Positions 25,701 through 26,576 of a stretch of DNA of 26,576 bases are shown piece after piece (positions within the stretch are counted from its first letter, which is position 1; the number at the start of each line of letters is the position of its first letter). The stretch is from a virus. Its lineage: Duplodnaviria > Heunggongvirae > Uroviricota > Caudoviricetes. The stretch lies in IMG/VR virus record IMGVR_UViG_3300018475_000095. One strand, given 5' to 3'. Both the position numbers and the translations under genes were made by a program. Below the pieces are notes generated by a model, which was given only the letters and a program-made list of their open reading frames with translations, did not search any database and was not told the origin of the DNA.

Positions 25701-26576
25701 AAGGTTTGGATCACTCGAACTGAATCTTCCAGTACCAGCACCTAACTGATTAAAATGAGCATGTAATCTTTTAGTCAATGGATTAACAGCTTCTGGTAAT
25801 TTATCTATATATGTATTAATAAGCTTTGCTAAACCTCTTTTCTCTAATATAAGAGAACATATAGGTAAATTTATTTTTTCTAATATTGGTTCACCTGTCC
25901 CTCTTGGTGTTTTCTTGTCAATAACAGGTATCTTTAATATATCATATAATAGAATAGCTAATTGAGTAGGGCTAGTGATCTCTACTGGATCTTTAAGTTG
26001 TTCACCTTTAGTCTTAGCTACTTTACCATCTTTTGATTCTTTGCTCGGTATAAGAGCTTCTGGACTATTTCGCCAAGCATCAATCTGTGGCTTTAAGTTA
26101 AATAACTCCTCATTAATTTTTTCATCTATTACATCCATTTTTTTATGGTATTTCAAACTTAATAGTTTTGCATATTCTTGATCAATATCTACTCCAGAGA
26201 GCTCCATCTCAGCTGCAACTTCAACGATAGGCATCTCAATATTTAAAAATAAGTTATATAATTTTTCATGCTCTGGTCTTTCAAATATTTCTTTTTGCCA
26301 TTCATATAATTTGTAAGTCATATAAGCATCTGTAGCTGCGTATAACGCAAAGACTTCAGGATCTACTATAGCATATTCTACATTTTCAAATAAATGATCA
26401 ATAGAATATTTCTCAATACTTGGATCTAACTTATCTATATACTGCTGTTTCAATCCAGCAGATCTTTCATTCTCATCTAGGATTTTAGCTCCTATCATCG
26501 TATCCCAATAAACTTTAAGCTGCTTCTTTGTTGTGCATTTTATAACTTGATAGTCAAATTTACCGTTATGCATGAT
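25701..26576 (-). CDS. polA: Family A DNA polymerase, exon 1 (5' end outside the window)
   Basis: ExoII HNGKFD, ExoIII YAATDA, SPTQL and TGRFSSSDPNL motifs. Confidence 0.93.

Noticed and set aside
6800-26181. All other plus-strand ORFs in the track (6800, 10015, 10471, 12270, 15748, 16067, 21071, 23370, 23895, 24098, 25975)
   Set aside because: Short antisense shadows of well-supported minus-strand genes, with S/F/L/I-rich composition and no motifs.
1-26576. CRISPR array, integrase or IS element
   Set aside because: No regularly spaced repeats, integrase or transposase motifs were seen. The Cas4-like nuclease has no cas neighbours.

Overview
AT-rich segment that is almost certainly from a large dsDNA phage; the host is probably a low-GC Bacillota or Mollicute-related bacterium. 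All credible genes lie on the minus strand. In transcription order (right to left): a family A DNA polymerase split by a group I intron carrying a LAGLIDADG endonuclease; a candidate preQ1-I-like riboswitch ahead of a QPTR/VUT transporter, SDR and GuaD-like deaminase; a GNAT acetyltransferase and a frameshifted TGT/DpdA-like base-exchange gene; a beta clamp; RecU, RecA and a second resolvase-like nuclease; macro- and HD-domain proteins; a three-subunit bacterial-type clamp loader; SbcD/SbcC; a Mor-like activator; small early genes; and a tRNA/ncRNA cluster. Strongest observations: (1) a tRNA-Leu whose anticodon is interrupted by a 50-nt CCA-ending mini-tRNA, plus two other malformed tRNAs sharing a covarying leader hairpin; (2) a possible salvage-based, clamp-coupled 7-deazaguanine modification module; (3) TGA never ends a gene and occurs in-frame in three genes, suggesting TGA=Trp. 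All calls come from manual motif reading; no database searches were run.
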